Shown in pieces: positions 45,655 through 55,814 of a stretch of 64,000 nt of DNA. Below the pieces are notes generated by a model that saw only the letters and a list, made by a program, of their open reading frames with translations, was not told where the DNA came from and did not search any database. Both the position numbers and the translations under genes were made by a program. The first letter of the stretch is position 1, and each line of letters begins with the position of its first letter. The stretch is from Gemmatimonadaceae bacterium (lineage in GTDB: Bacteria > Gemmatimonadota > Gemmatimonadetes > Gemmatimonadales > Gemmatimonadaceae): positions 512,001-576,000 of the forward strand of contig JBHYGA010000005.1 in the NCBI GenBank assembly GCA_051859245.1, read 5' to 3'.

Positions 45655-47469
45655 ATGGCCCCGGTCGATCCTATCCTTACGCCAACGCGACTTCGGGCGG
45701 CACTGCCACGGCATTTGGCCGACTGGACATTGCCGCCGGGTTGGTCGTGGGGTCAGGACAGTGTGTGGGGTGACCGTCGACACTATCAGGAGTTGGTGGA
45801 CGCGCTCGGGCGCTCACTGTCGTTGGTGAGTGCCCCGGATCCGGCGCACGACGATTGGCTGCGTGATGAAGCGCGGGCGTTGGCGCACCGCAATCACCCG
45901 TCGATTCCCACCACGTACCACTACTGGGCGAACTATCGCGAGAGTCGGCGTGGACCGGGTTATCTGCGTCGCTGGATCGCCGGTGAAACGGTCGCGCAGC
46001 GCGTGGTACGCATGGGGCCCGAGTCGGTGCCCACGGTGCTGCAGGTGTTGCGCGAGGCCGGAAGCACGCTGGCGTATTTGCACGACGCGGGTTCGCTGCA
46101 TCGTGCGTTGTCGGCGTACAACGTGTGGCTCACGCCAGGCGGGCGCCTGTGGCTGCTCGGCTGGGAGTGGGCGCTGTCACCGGATCAGATTCCGGCAGGA
46201 CTGCTCCCCGATCCCGCGCGCACGCCGCAGGCACCCGAGTGGCGCGGTGGTGATGTGACGCCAACAATGGCCAGTGATCAATGGCAGTTGGCCGCCATGG
46301 TCTTCACGGCGCTCACCGGTGAAACGCCGCCGGAGCGTGACGCACCACCGATTACGCTGTTGCGTCCGGATTGTCCGGTGGGATTGGCGCGCGCGCTGGA
46401 ACAGGCGTTGCACAGCGATCCGAACGAACGCTTCCCGTCGGTACGCACATTCTTGCGTGAAGTGGATCGTGGAGCGAGCGGGCGCGTGATCATGGTCGGC
46501 CCTGATGGCAGTGACCGGCAAACGGCGCAGGAAACGCCGGAGTCACGACTGCGCTGGGCCACCAGTGATGACTACGAAATTCTCGCACCACTTGGCTCAG
46601 GCACGTTTGGTAGTGTGTGGCGGGCGCGCGATCTCACGCTCGCTCGCGAAGTCGCGATCAAAGTGTTGCACCCGCACATCGCAAAAGATGATGTGGCGGT
46701 GTCGCGCTTTCGTCGTGAAGCGCGACTCGCGGCACAACTCGCGCACCCGGCGATTGTGCCGATCTACGACAGCGACGAACGCAGTGGTGTGGTGTGGTAC
46801 ACCATGGAGCTGGCCGAAGGCGGATCGGTGGCGAGTTTGATTGCGCGCCGCGGTCCGCGTGATTTTGAAGAAATCGCGATGCCCGTGGACGGTGTGCTCG
46901 ATGGACTGATGACCGCGCACGCGAGCGGAATTATTCATCGCGATCTCAAGCCAGAGAACATTCTGATCGATCGCTATCGTCGTTGGCGCATTGGTGATTT
47001 TGGTATTGCGCAAGCGTGGGGTGAAGATCCGACCACAGGTTCTTCGGGCACGCCGGCGTTTGCGGCACCTGAACAACTGCTCGGCGAAGCACAGGGACCG
47101 GCCACCGATTGTTATGCAATCGCGGGCATTGTGTACTTTGTGCTGACCGGTCGTGCGCCGTTTGGTGATGCGAGTGCGGAGCAGGTGCTGGCGCAGCAGC
47201 TCGGCGATCGGCTCACTGAACGATTGCAGTTGGCCGCGTTTCCGGAACCGCTCGAAGAGTTCCTGGTCAAAGGTTTGCACCCGCGCGCGGACGAGCGCTT
47301 CAGCGATGCGAGCGAACTGCGTCTGGCGTGGCGTCAGGTGGTGAAAGCCATGCGCCGCGCCGATGATCCGCGGCCGTGGTGGCGCCGCGTGTTTGAAGGA
47401 CCGATGGACGGAGACGACGAAGCGTTCGACGATCCGTTGCTCGGCTCGGGCGTGCGCGACACCAGATAG
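45655..47469 (+). CDS. Ser/Thr protein kinase with N-terminal pseudokinase domain
   Basis: C-terminal domain has GSGTFG, VAIK, HRDLKPEN, DFG and APE. The N-terminal domain has HRALSAYNV and LGWEW in place of HRD and DFG. Confidence 0.88.
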   Translation: MAPVDPILTPTRLRAALPRHLADWTLPPGWSWGQDSVWGDRRHYQELVDALGRSLSLVSAPDPAHDDWLRDEARALAHRNHPSIPTTYHYWANYRESRRGPGYLRRWIAGETVAQRVVRMGPESVPTVLQVLREAGSTLAYLHDAGSLHRALSAYNVWLTPGGRLWLLGWEWALSPDQIPAGLLPDPARTPQAPEWRGGDVTPTMASDQWQLAAMVFTALTGETPPERDAPPITLLRPDCPVGLARALEQALHSDPNERFPSVRTFLREVDRGASGRVIMVGPDGSDRQTAQETPESRLRWATSDDYEILAPLGSGTFGSVWRARDLTLAREVAIKVLHPHIAKDDVAVSRFRREARLAAQLAHPAIVPIYDSDERSGVVWYTMELAEGGSVASLIARRGPRDFEEIAMPVDGVLDGLMTAHASGIIHRDLKPENILIDRYRRWRIGDFGIAQAWGEDPTTGSSGTPAFAAPEQLLGEAQGPATDCYAIAGIVYFVLTGRAPFGDASAEQVLAQQLGDRLTERLQLAAFPEPLEEFLVKGLHPRADERFSDASELRLAWRQVVKAMRRADDPRPWWRRVFEGPMDGDDEAFDDPLLGSGVRDTR

Positions 47470-47478
47470 TTCGCGTGG

Positions 47479-48861
47479 CTATTCGGCCACGCGAATTGTT
47501 TTCACGTTGGTGAACTCCCGGAAGCCGGGCGTTCCAAGCTCGCGCCCCATACCGGATTGTTTCACGCCGCCAAACGGCACGCGCGGATCAGACGCCACCA
47601 CTTCATTCACGAATACCATGCCCGCTTCGAGCTCAGCCACGAAGCGGGCGGCACTGCGCGGATCGCGTGTCCAGACGCTGGCGCCGAGTCCGAAGCGCGT
47701 GTTGTTGGCGCGCGCCAGTGCGGCGTCGGCATCCGCAACGCGAAAGACGGCCGCCACGGGGCCGAACAGTTCGTCTTGTGCGGCCGGTGCGTTGTCCGGA
47801 ACATCCACCAGTATTGTGGGCGGATAGAAGAACCCATCGCCCTCGGGTACGCGTGCCGCGTACGCAACGTGCGCACCGGCGCTCACGGTGTCTTGCACCT
47901 GCTGGTGCAGATCGTCGCGAATGGAACGTGTGGCCATTGGACCCACGTCGGTGCGCGGATGTGTTGGATCACCGAGTCGCAGCGCTTTCATGGCGCGCGT
48001 GAATCCGTCAAGAAATTCGTCGTACACCGCGTCGCACACAATAAAACGTTTGGACGCGATACAGGATTGCCCGCCATTCACAATGCGACCGGCAACCGCG
48101 CTCTTCGCAGCGCGCGCGACATCGGCATCGGGCAGCACAATAAACGGATCGCTGCCGCCGAGCTCGAGCACCACTTTCTTAAGATGTTTTCCCGCTTCCG
48201 TTGCCACGGCGCGACCCGCGGCTTCGCTGCCGGTGAGTGTGACGGCGGCAATACGATCATCGGCAATCAGCGGGGCGATCTGATCGCTGCTAACCAGGAA
48301 GAGCGGCGCGATTGCAGGTGATGCGTCGGTCTCTGACGCCGCCTGCGCAATCAACATGTGCAACAGTTGCGCACAACCCGGAACAGAGGCGGCCGGTTTG
48401 TGCAACACGGCGTTGCCAGCGAGCAGGTTGGGCACGATTACGCGCATCGCCTGCCAGTACGGAAAATTCCACGGCATCACCGCGAGCAGCACACCGAGTG
48501 GCTGATATTCAACACGCCACGCGCCGAGCGTGTCTTCGGTGATGCGCTCCGGCGCGAGTGCACGGGGCGCGAGCTGTACCGCGAGCTCACAGAGCATGGC
48601 GCACTTGTCCACTTCGGCGCGCGCGGCGGCGAGTGGTTTGCCCATCTCTTCCGTGCACCGCGCGGCCAGTTGTTCTCGTTCGGTGCGCAGCAGCTCACCC
48701 AACCGTGTGATCAGCCGCGCGCGTTGCGCGAGCGAGCGATACCGCCACTCACGCTGCGCCGTAGTCGCCGCGTTCACGGCCTGCTCAACTTCTGCGGCGG
48801 TCAACGCGGGCGTGTCGCGCAGGATCGCTGCGGTAAACGGATTGGTGACTCGAAAGCTCAT
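47479..48861 (-). CDS. NAD(P)-dependent succinate-semialdehyde dehydrogenase-like aldehyde dehydrogenase
   Basis: MPWNFPYWQ, TGSE.AG, LELGGSDP, GQSCI, ELFGP, PFGGVKQSG. Confidence 0.93.
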   Translation of the reverse strand: MSFRVTNPFTAAILRDTPALTAAEVEQAVNAATTAQREWRYRSLAQRARLITRLGELLRTEREQLAARCTEEMGKPLAAARAEVDKCAMLCELAVQLAPRALAPERITEDTLGAWRVEYQPLGVLLAVMPWNFPYWQAMRVIVPNLLAGNAVLHKPAASVPGCAQLLHMLIAQAASETDASPAIAPLFLVSSDQIAPLIADDRIAAVTLTGSEAAGRAVATEAGKHLKKVVLELGGSDPFIVLPDADVARAAKSAVAGRIVNGGQSCIASKRFIVCDAVYDEFLDGFTRAMKALRLGDPTHPRTDVGPMATRSIRDDLHQQVQDTVSAGAHVAYAARVPEGDGFFYPPTILVDVPDNAPAAQDELFGPVAAVFRVADADAALARANNTRFGLGASVWTRDPRSAARFVAELEAGMVFVNEVVASDPRVPFGGVKQSGMGRELGTPGFREFTNVKTIRVAE

Positions 48862-48895
48862 GATGGGCCCGGAAGGTCAATGACGCTTCCGAACC

Positions 48896-50164
48896 CTACG
48901 CGGCGGAGACGGCTCCGGTCAACTCTGAGGCGGCGGTGGCGATGGCCGCGCGGCGCCGAGCCTTGGGCGTACGCGTGGACTGACTGATAGCCGACATCGC
49001 GGATCGCGCGGCGCGCCGCGACCGTTTGTGGTGCAGAAGATCCGCGTCGGCCGCATCGAGCAACGCATCGAGTGACGCGGCCTTCGAGGCGTTGGCATAC
49101 ACGTGTCCAACACTGATACCGATTGGTGCCGGGAGCAGGTTCAGCGCATTCAGCTCGTCGAGTCGTTCGGCGATTCGCGCGCGGATGGCACCATCGCAGG
49201 CACCAATCGCGTCAATCGCCAGAATGGTGAACTCATCGCCGCCCATGCGCGCGACCAGGTCGGTTTCGCGGACCGCGGCGCGGAGGACACGCGCGATTTC
49301 CCGAAGCGCCCGGTCACCCGTGGCGTGTCCGTGCACATCGTTGATCTGCTTGAAGGCGTCACAATCGAGGTAGAACAGCACGGCGTTGTGACCGTCAGCG
49401 CGCGCCTTGCTTAACCGTTCATCCGCGAGCGAAAGGAAGGCGCGTCGATTGAGCAGACCGGTGAGTTCATCGGTGAGTGACGCACGCTGCCAGCGCGCGG
49501 CCTCGCGCTTGCGCTCACGAATATCGGAGAGCGTGAGCGAGAGTCCGGTTTCAACAGGCACCGCACGCACGCGCAACCACGAGGTCGTGACATGGCGCGG
49601 ATGAGCGCGCACTTCATCGCGAAATGTGGCGCCGGTGGAGACGGTATTGACGAGCGACTGAAAGAGGGCGGTGTCCGGCGCGAGGCTTGCCAGCGCAGTC
49701 ACGCGAAATCCTTCGATATCAGCGAGCGTGCGGCGGAACATGCTCGCGACCCGTTCATTGGCGTCCGTGACCACAAAGTCGACGATCGCGCCCGAAGCGT
49801 CGCGTACCGGCTCGAGATGCACGAGTCCGTCCTCGCTCCCGTGCACCGACAGGCGCAGGCGGCGTTCTCGGCTGCGCAGCGTCTGGAGGTCGGTCGCTTG
49901 CTTTCGTGTCTGTTCGGCGAGCCGCTGATTGGTGCGACCCGAGAGCATGAGTGCGAACAATCCGGCGGACAACGTGAGCAGGACGAACAGCAGCGGAAAC
50001 GTGGAGACGGTACGCACGGTCGCGTCCACCACGAGATCAGGACTGTTTGATGCAGGTTCGAGCGAAGGCCACATATAGGGAAGAGGGAGTTCGATCCGAT
50101 CGGGTGCGTGCCCAAGCGTCTGGTCACAGCAGCCGAGCCCATCCATAAGCAACGGTTGTGCCAC
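48896..50164 (-). CDS. Membrane-anchored PAS-GGDEF diguanylate cyclase (start uncertain)
   Basis: DELTGLLNRR, FKQINDVHGH, RETD I-site five residues before GGDEF. Confidence 0.9.
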   Translation of the reverse strand: MAQPLLMDGLGCCDQTLGHAPDRIELPLPYMWPSLEPASNSPDLVVDATVRTVSTFPLLFVLLTLSAGLFALMLSGRTNQRLAEQTRKQATDLQTLRSRERRLRLSVHGSEDGLVHLEPVRDASGAIVDFVVTDANERVASMFRRTLADIEGFRVTALASLAPDTALFQSLVNTVSTGATFRDEVRAHPRHVTTSWLRVRAVPVETGLSLTLSDIRERKREAARWQRASLTDELTGLLNRRAFLSLADERLSKARADGHNAVLFYLDCDAFKQINDVHGHATGDRALREIARVLRAAVRETDLVARMGGDEFTILAIDAIGACDGAIRARIAERLDELNALNLLPAPIGISVGHVYANASKAASLDALLDAADADLLHHKRSRRAARSAMSAISQSTRTPKARRRAAIATAASELTGAVSAA

Positions 50165-50417
50165 GGGTCACAGAGGATGAATTCGCATGTGGATAACTTC
50201 TGTTCTTTGTTTTAAGACTTTGTAATTCAATGCGTTCAGTGTTCCAGTAAATGGAATACTCGTGTAATCGCGGCTCGTCGCCCGGCCCTCCGCTCGGCCG
50301 CGCCAGAGGGACGAGAATGCCGCCCGATTGGCAGGCGGCAATTTTCGCCGGGTCGCGATGACGCCGATTTCGCGGCCACGCCCGGTCACCGAGGCGTGGC
50401 GTCAGGTTCCACCCTGC

Positions 50418-52022
50418 CTAGTGCCCCGCCGCTGGTTCCTCCGAACCCAGCAGCGTGCGCCGCTCCAGCGCGGCAAAGCGGGCCGCGCCGTCCTTGTCGG
50501 GACGCAGCAACGACACCAGCATGCCCACCGCGAACGAGATCGGTACCGAGACAAGGGCCGGATTGCGCAGTGGGAACCAGGCTGACTCGTGCTTGAGCAA
50601 GTCCATCTGGATGGCCGGCGACAACGTGATCAAGCCCACGGTGGTGAGCGTGCCGATCACCATGCTCGCGGCCGCACCGGCGGTGCTGGTGCGCGGCCAG
50701 AACACCGCAAGGAGCAGGGCGGGGAAGTTGCCACTGGCGGCAATCGCAAAGGCGAGGCCCACCATGAACGCCACGTTCTGTCCCTTGAACACCACGCCGA
50801 GGGCCATGGCAATCAACGCGAGGCACACCGTGGCAATACGGGCCACGCGCAGCTCTTCGCCGGGCTTGGGTTCACCGCGTCGTACCACGCTCGCCCACAG
50901 ATCGTGCGAGATCGCCGCCGCGCCGGAGAGCGCGAGTCCCGCGACGACCGCCAGAATCGTGGCGAACGCCACGGCCGCAATGAAGCCAAGGAACGGTCGG
51001 CCACCGAGCAGCTCGGCGAGCAGCGGTGCGGCCATGTTGCCGCCGGCGTCTACGGCGCGAATCGCGTCAGGTCCCACCAACACCATGGCGCCAAAGCCGA
51101 GGATGAAGGTGAGCAGATAGAACAGGCCGATCAGTCCCGTGGCGAAAAACACAGACCGGCGCGCCGCACGCGCATCGGGCACGGTGTAGAAGCGCATCAG
51201 AATGTGCGGCAAACCCGCGGTGCCAAACATGAGCGCAATACCGAGCGAAATCGCATCGAGCGGATTCTGCACCAGCTTGCCGGGTGCGAGCACGCCGCGC
51301 CCCTGTGCATCCGCCGCGGCGGCGAACAGTTGCAGCGGAGAAAAGTTGAACCGCGACAACACCAGAATCGCCAACATCGCCGCACCACCGAGCAGCAACA
51401 CTGCTTTGACGATCTGCACCCACGTGGTCGCGAGCATGCCGCCAAACAGCACGTAGGCCATCATCGCAATACCAACACCGATCACGGCGATCTCGTACGG
51501 TACACCAAGCAGCAAACGAATCAGCCCACCCGCACCAACCATTTGCGCAATCAGATAGAACGTGATCGTGGCGAGTGTGCCAACGGCTGCGGCAATGCGC
51601 ACTGGCCGTGGATTCAATCGCGCGGCCACCACGTCAGCAAAGGTGTAGCGTCCGAGATTGCGCAGTGGTTCGGCCACAAGAAACAACACCACCGGCCAGC
51701 CGACCAACCATCCGGTTGAGTACAACAAGCCGTCAAAACCAGATGTGGCCACGAGTCCGGCAATACCAAGAAACGAGGCCGCGCTCATGTAATCGCCGGC
51801 GAGCGCGAGTCCGTTCTGTCCAGCGGTGACGGTGCGCCCCGCAGCGTAAAAGTCATCGGTGGTGCGCGTGCGTCGCGCGGCCCAATACGTGATGCCGAGG
51901 GTGGCCGCGATGAACACCGCGAAGAAGGCGACAGCAACGGCGTTAGGCTGTCCGATACTGGTGGCGGCGGACGACGATGCTGCTGAGCTGGTTGCCGCCT
52001 GCAAGAGTGCGATCGTGATCAT
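50418..52022 (-). CDS. actP: Cation/acetate symporter
   Basis: [35 protein letters not shown]. Paired with a DUF485 gene. Confidence 0.93.
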   Translation of the reverse strand: MITIALLQAATSSAASSSAATSIGQPNAVAVAFFAVFIAATLGITYWAARRTRTTDDFYAAGRTVTAGQNGLALAGDYMSAASFLGIAGLVATSGFDGLLYSTGWLVGWPVVLFLVAEPLRNLGRYTFADVVAARLNPRPVRIAAAVGTLATITFYLIAQMVGAGGLIRLLLGVPYEIAVIGVGIAMMAYVLFGGMLATTWVQIVKAVLLLGGAAMLAILVLSRFNFSPLQLFAAAADAQGRGVLAPGKLVQNPLDAISLGIALMFGTAGLPHILMRFYTVPDARAARRSVFFATGLIGLFYLLTFILGFGAMVLVGPDAIRAVDAGGNMAAPLLAELLGGRPFLGFIAAVAFATILAVVAGLALSGAAAISHDLWASVVRRGEPKPGEELRVARIATVCLALIAMALGVVFKGQNVAFMVGLAFAIAASGNFPALLLAVFWPRTSTAGAAASMVIGTLTTVGLITLSPAIQMDLLKHESAWFPLRNPALVSVPISFAVGMLVSLLRPDKDGAARFAALERRTLLGSEEPAAGH

Positions 52023-52351
52023 TCGGCGATGCGCGTTGAGGCCTGCAACTCGGCGCGCTGCTCGGCGACCATTGGATCGTACACGGCATTGGTCCAGCGC
52101 ACGTAGGCCCACGTGAGCAGCCAGGCACTCACAATCACCATCGCCCCAAGCAGAATGCCGAGTGACAGACCGGGCGTGATTTCACGACCGAGCAGCGCCG
52201 GCGACCACGCCACGAGCGAGAGAAATCCGAAATAGATCGCCATCATCGCGATGGTGAGCGCGCCGGCGAGACGCCAACGCCGCCGCGCCACACCGCGCAT
52301 GCGCACGAGGGCCGCGTCGGACTGGCGGGATGAAGCGGAAGAGGAAGTCAT
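52019..52351 (-). CDS. DUF485 (YjcH-like) membrane protein
   Basis: Two TMs, YVRWTN..YDP. Overlaps the actP start. Confidence 0.88.
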   Translation of the reverse strand: MTSSSASSRQSDAALVRMRGVARRRWRLAGALTIAMMAIYFGFLSLVAWSPALLGREITPGLSLGILLGAMVIVSAWLLTWAYVRWTNAVYDPMVAEQRAELQASTRIAE

Positions 52352-52434
52352 AGGGAAGGGAACGTACGGGCAGTGCATTGATGGGCAAGCGCTGCCATAT
52401 ATTCCTGCATTCCTTCACGCCTCACTCGCGCGCC

Positions 52435-52863
52435 ATGCCTCGAATGCTTATCGCGTTGTCCAGCCTGATTTCGGGTCTGGTGGCGCTCTACCTGCACCTG
52501 TGGAAGATCGGCAAAGCCGGATCGCTGGCGTGTAGCGGCAGCGGTGGTTGCGCCCTCGTGCAGGGCAGCAAATACGGGTGGTTTCTCGGCGTGGACGTCG
52601 CGCTCATTGGCACGATTGGCTACGCGCTGATTTTTCTTGTCGCGATTATCGGGACATCGGCGCGGTTTGCCGATTCGCGTGCAATTACCCGCGCGTTACA
52701 ACTGCTGATCTGGCCGGCGGTGCTGTTTACGGTGCGGCTCAAGTGGGCCGAGTTTGTGATTCTTAAATCGTTCTGCCCGTGGTGCGCCGTATCGGCCGTT
52801 ACGATTACGCTGTGTGCGATACTGGTTACGCTCGACGCGCGTCGATTGGCCCGCGAGGCGTGA
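52435..52863 (+). CDS. Vitamin K epoxide reductase (VKOR) family protein
   Basis: Loop cysteines CSGSGGC..V..S.Y, active site CPWC, TM helices. Confidence 0.9.
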   Translation: MPRMLIALSSLISGLVALYLHLWKIGKAGSLACSGSGGCALVQGSKYGWFLGVDVALIGTIGYALIFLVAIIGTSARFADSRAITRALQLLIWPAVLFTVRLKWAEFVILKSFCPWCAVSAVTITLCAILVTLDARRLAREA

Positions 52864-52917
52864 CCGACGCGCGTGGAACGTTCGCGGTGATGCGCCGCAG
52901 CTGTGCGCTGTTGCTGC

Positions 52918-53589
52918 TCAGGGCGCGGCGCGATCGCCGAGCATCACGTCAAACCACGACGCCATGCGTTCGGGACCGCCGTATCCTTGCATGGTCCCGC
53001 GAATGCGACCGTCTGCGTCAACGGCCACAAACGTGGGCGTGCCGCGGTAACGGAACGTGAGCAACACCTGTGACTGTGATGTTGCCGGCCCGAGCGGCAC
53101 AGCGCCCTGCAAGCCCGCTTCCACAAGCATTGGGGCCCCGTCAATCGCGCCCTCGAGCGTGAGCATGCGAAGCCCCGGTACCGGACGGCCTTTGGCATAC
53201 TGGCCCAGATCCTTGAGCGCGAGCTTGCAGTATCCGCACGTGCGCGAGTTGATCATCACAATGGCCGGCTCACCCGTGCGCACGATAGGCACCGTGGCGC
53301 CGCTCATGTCATGTACGGGAAACGCGCCGAGTCCCTGTACGCTGCTGGCGAGCGAACCGGGCGGTGCTTCCGTGGCCAGTGCGGCAACAGTAGCGGCCGC
53401 ATCATTCGTGACGGATCCCGGCACCGCCGATGCCGCGGGCGCAGCGGGCGTTTTGTCGCGCAGCGCAAAGACGATCGCGAGCACAATGGCGCCGCCGGCG
53501 ACGGCCATGAGCAGGTCGCGAGATGTTCGCCCCGCGCGCACACGCAGCGGTGAGGCCGCAGCCGAAGGCAGTTCAGTGAAATGACGCAT
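52918..53589 (-). CDS. TlpA-like membrane-anchored thioredoxin-fold protein (start uncertain)
   Basis: TM anchor, CGYC, cis-Pro motif GTPTF. Confidence 0.75.
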   Translation of the reverse strand: MRHFTELPSAAASPLRVRAGRTSRDLLMAVAGGAIVLAIVFALRDKTPAAPAASAVPGSVTNDAAATVAALATEAPPGSLASSVQGLGAFPVHDMSGATVPIVRTGEPAIVMINSRTCGYCKLALKDLGQYAKGRPVPGLRMLTLEGAIDGAPMLVEAGLQGAVPLGPATSQSQVLLTFRYRGTPTFVAVDADGRIRGTMQGYGGPERMASWFDVMLGDRAAP

Positions 53590-54447
53590 ACCGGGAAAGA
53601 TCGCGAATCCGAGGGCCGTTTTGCACCCGCTGCGCCGGCGCCAGATACCGCGGGCTCGCTCACGGCGGGTCAGCTGCGCGAGCTGGACCTGGAGGCGTTC
53701 CTCCGCGATCCGCAGCGGAAGCAGGCGTTTGTCACTCCGATGTTCGACGTGATTGCGCCTCGGTACGATGACTTCACGCGTCTGTTCTCCTTTGGCATGG
53801 ACGCCCGCTGGAAGGCCGAGCTGCTCCGCGAGGCGCAGCGTCAACTCGAGTCCGGACGCAATATGGAGCCACGAGTGCTGGATCTGGCCTGCGGCACGGG
53901 TGATCTGGCGATTGGTGTGGCTCGGAGCGCGCGTGCGCAGTTCCCGGGGGTGCGCGTACTGGGTGTGGACGCGTCGAAAGAGATGATCAAACAGGCGCGC
54001 GAACGTCTGCTCGGCAGCGATCGCGACGTGGGCGACCTCGTGCAGGTGATCGCAGGCGACATGAGTGCGCTGTCTGCCACGAACGGCTCAATCGATCTGA
54101 TCACGGCTGGATACGCGGTACGGAACGCCCCGTCCCCTGAGCTGGCTATCCGTGAAGCGGCGCGTGTACTCCGGAGCGGCGGGGTGTACATCACCCTCGA
54201 TTTTTATCGGCCCGCGTTAACACCGTGGCGCGTGTTGCTGCTCGGGTACCTCGCGGCTGCGGGTAACCTTGTGGGCTGGACCTGGCATCGGTCTCCGGTG
54301 GTATACGGCTACATTGCAAGGTCCATCGAACATTTCATGTCGTGGCAAGAGTTTTCGCGTGCGCTCGATCGCAATGGGTTTGCGGTGCAGTCGGTCACGC
54401 GCTGGTTGGGTGGTGGAGTCGCGATGCACGTCGCTGTTCGTCGCTGA
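53581..54447 (+). CDS. UbiE/MenG-family quinone C-methyltransferase
   Basis: MFDVIAPRYD...LFSFG.D..WK, LDLACGTGDL, Y.YI..SI. Confidence 0.88.
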   Translation: MTHTGKDRESEGRFAPAAPAPDTAGSLTAGQLRELDLEAFLRDPQRKQAFVTPMFDVIAPRYDDFTRLFSFGMDARWKAELLREAQRQLESGRNMEPRVLDLACGTGDLAIGVARSARAQFPGVRVLGVDASKEMIKQARERLLGSDRDVGDLVQVIAGDMSALSATNGSIDLITAGYAVRNAPSPELAIREAARVLRSGGVYITLDFYRPALTPWRVLLLGYLAAAGNLVGWTWHRSPVVYGYIARSIEHFMSWQEFSRALDRNGFAVQSVTRWLGGGVAMHVAVRR

Positions 54448-54486
54448 TTTGTGTCCGCCATTTTTCTCACTTTCACGCAGGCTGTC

Positions 54487-54999
54487 ATGCACGCTTTCGC
54501 ATTTGCACGTTCACGTCGTCGCTCGTTTCTCGTGGCACTTCCGCTGGCGGCACTCGCACTCGTCGCCGCGTGCTCAAACAGTGATGCCGGCAATCCAACG
54601 GGTCCGTCCAACCCGGCGACCGAAGTGTTTGCCGCGTCGCTTGGTGTGGATCTCGCGCAGATGACGGAGCGTGCATCTCGATTGTACGTGCGTGACATCA
54701 CGGTTGGCACCGGCGCCGAAGCGACGGCCGGACGCAGTCTGCGCATGCGCTACACTGGCTGGCTGCGCACGGGTGTGCAGTTCGACAGCAATGTCTCGTC
54801 GGGAACGCCGTTTACGTTCACGCTTGGCGCTGGCCAGGTGATTGCCGGTTGGGACATTGGTGTGGCCGGCATGCGTGTTGGCGGAAAACGCCGCCTCGTG
54901 CTTGGCTCCGAGTACGGCTACGGCCCGTCGGGTTCGGGTTCGATCCCGCCGCACGCGACGCTCGTGTTTGATGTCGAGCTTGTGAGTATCGCGAACTAA
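54487..54999 (+). CDS. FKBP-type peptidyl-prolyl isomerase lipoprotein
   Basis: Lipobox LVAAC, YTGWL..G.QFDS, VIAGWD.G, YG...GSIPP.ATLVFDVEL. Confidence 0.93.
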   Translation: MHAFAFARSRRRSFLVALPLAALALVAACSNSDAGNPTGPSNPATEVFAASLGVDLAQMTERASRLYVRDITVGTGAEATAGRSLRMRYTGWLRTGVQFDSNVSSGTPFTFTLGAGQVIAGWDIGVAGMRVGGKRRLVLGSEYGYGPSGSGSIPPHATLVFDVELVSIAN

Positions 55000-55025
55000 C
55001 CGCGTACCAGGCGCATACTGCGGGA

Positions 55026-55769
55026 TTATTCGAGGGGCGACGCTTCGGCCGTCGCGATGAGGTGGCCATGCAAACGGGTCCACCACGCGCGAACCACGAT
55101 GTGTCGCCCCTCAAACTCTGGAAGCGAGAGACGCACGTCGGTCTTCCCGTTCGCGTCGGGACTCACTTCGACTTCCTGAAAGCGCACGTATCGCTGCACG
55201 TGCGGATCGATCGTTTTGTACACCGCTTCTTTCAGCGCAAACCGCAGTCGCACCGCTTCGCGATAGGCCAAGGCATCATTCGCTGCTAACCAGGCGAGCG
55301 CATGGCGTTCTGACGCGGTGAGAATTTTCGGCGCGAGATCCGGTCGTGTGAGATCCCGCTCGTCAGGGATTTCTTCCACGTCGATGCCAATCGTGTTGAC
55401 CATGTGCTGCGGCAGTGCGGCCATACCCACGGCGAGTGTGCGCTTGTGGCTCACGGAGCCGAGCACGCCCGGTGGCAGCTGGGGCGCGCCGCGCGGGGTT
55501 TTGAGCACCGGCACGTGCTGCGCATCCGGCGCGACAACAGACAGCGCGTTCCGAAGCGCGAGTCTTCCGCCAACGAACGACACACGTCGTGGAATCGCCA
55601 GTCGCTCGGCGAGTTGTTGTTCGTCGGGCAGCAGCTGCGGTTCTGATCGCTCAAGTGTGGCGCGGAGCGCGTCCTCACTGCGCGAACCGGGCAGTCGCAC
55701 CACGGCCAACTGGCCGTGTGGGAGGCGCTGACTCGAAAGTACGAGAAAATCTTCGTTGGGTGATTCCAT
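55026..55769 (-). CDS. 4'-phosphopantetheinyl transferase (EntD/Sfp-like)
   Basis: G.P.LP.G.LGSVSHK, IGIDVE, FALKEAVYK. Start MESPNE. Confidence 0.88.
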   Translation of the reverse strand: MESPNEDFLVLSSQRLPHGQLAVVRLPGSRSEDALRATLERSEPQLLPDEQQLAERLAIPRRVSFVGGRLALRNALSVVAPDAQHVPVLKTPRGAPQLPPGVLGSVSHKRTLAVGMAALPQHMVNTIGIDVEEIPDERDLTRPDLAPKILTASERHALAWLAANDALAYREAVRLRFALKEAVYKTIDPHVQRYVRFQEVEVSPDANGKTDVRLSLPEFEGRHIVVRAWWTRLHGHLIATAEASPLE

Positions 55770-55814
55770 ACCTCCAATCTCCCATCTGTGCGCGCAAGAT
55801 GCCATGCTTCCCGC

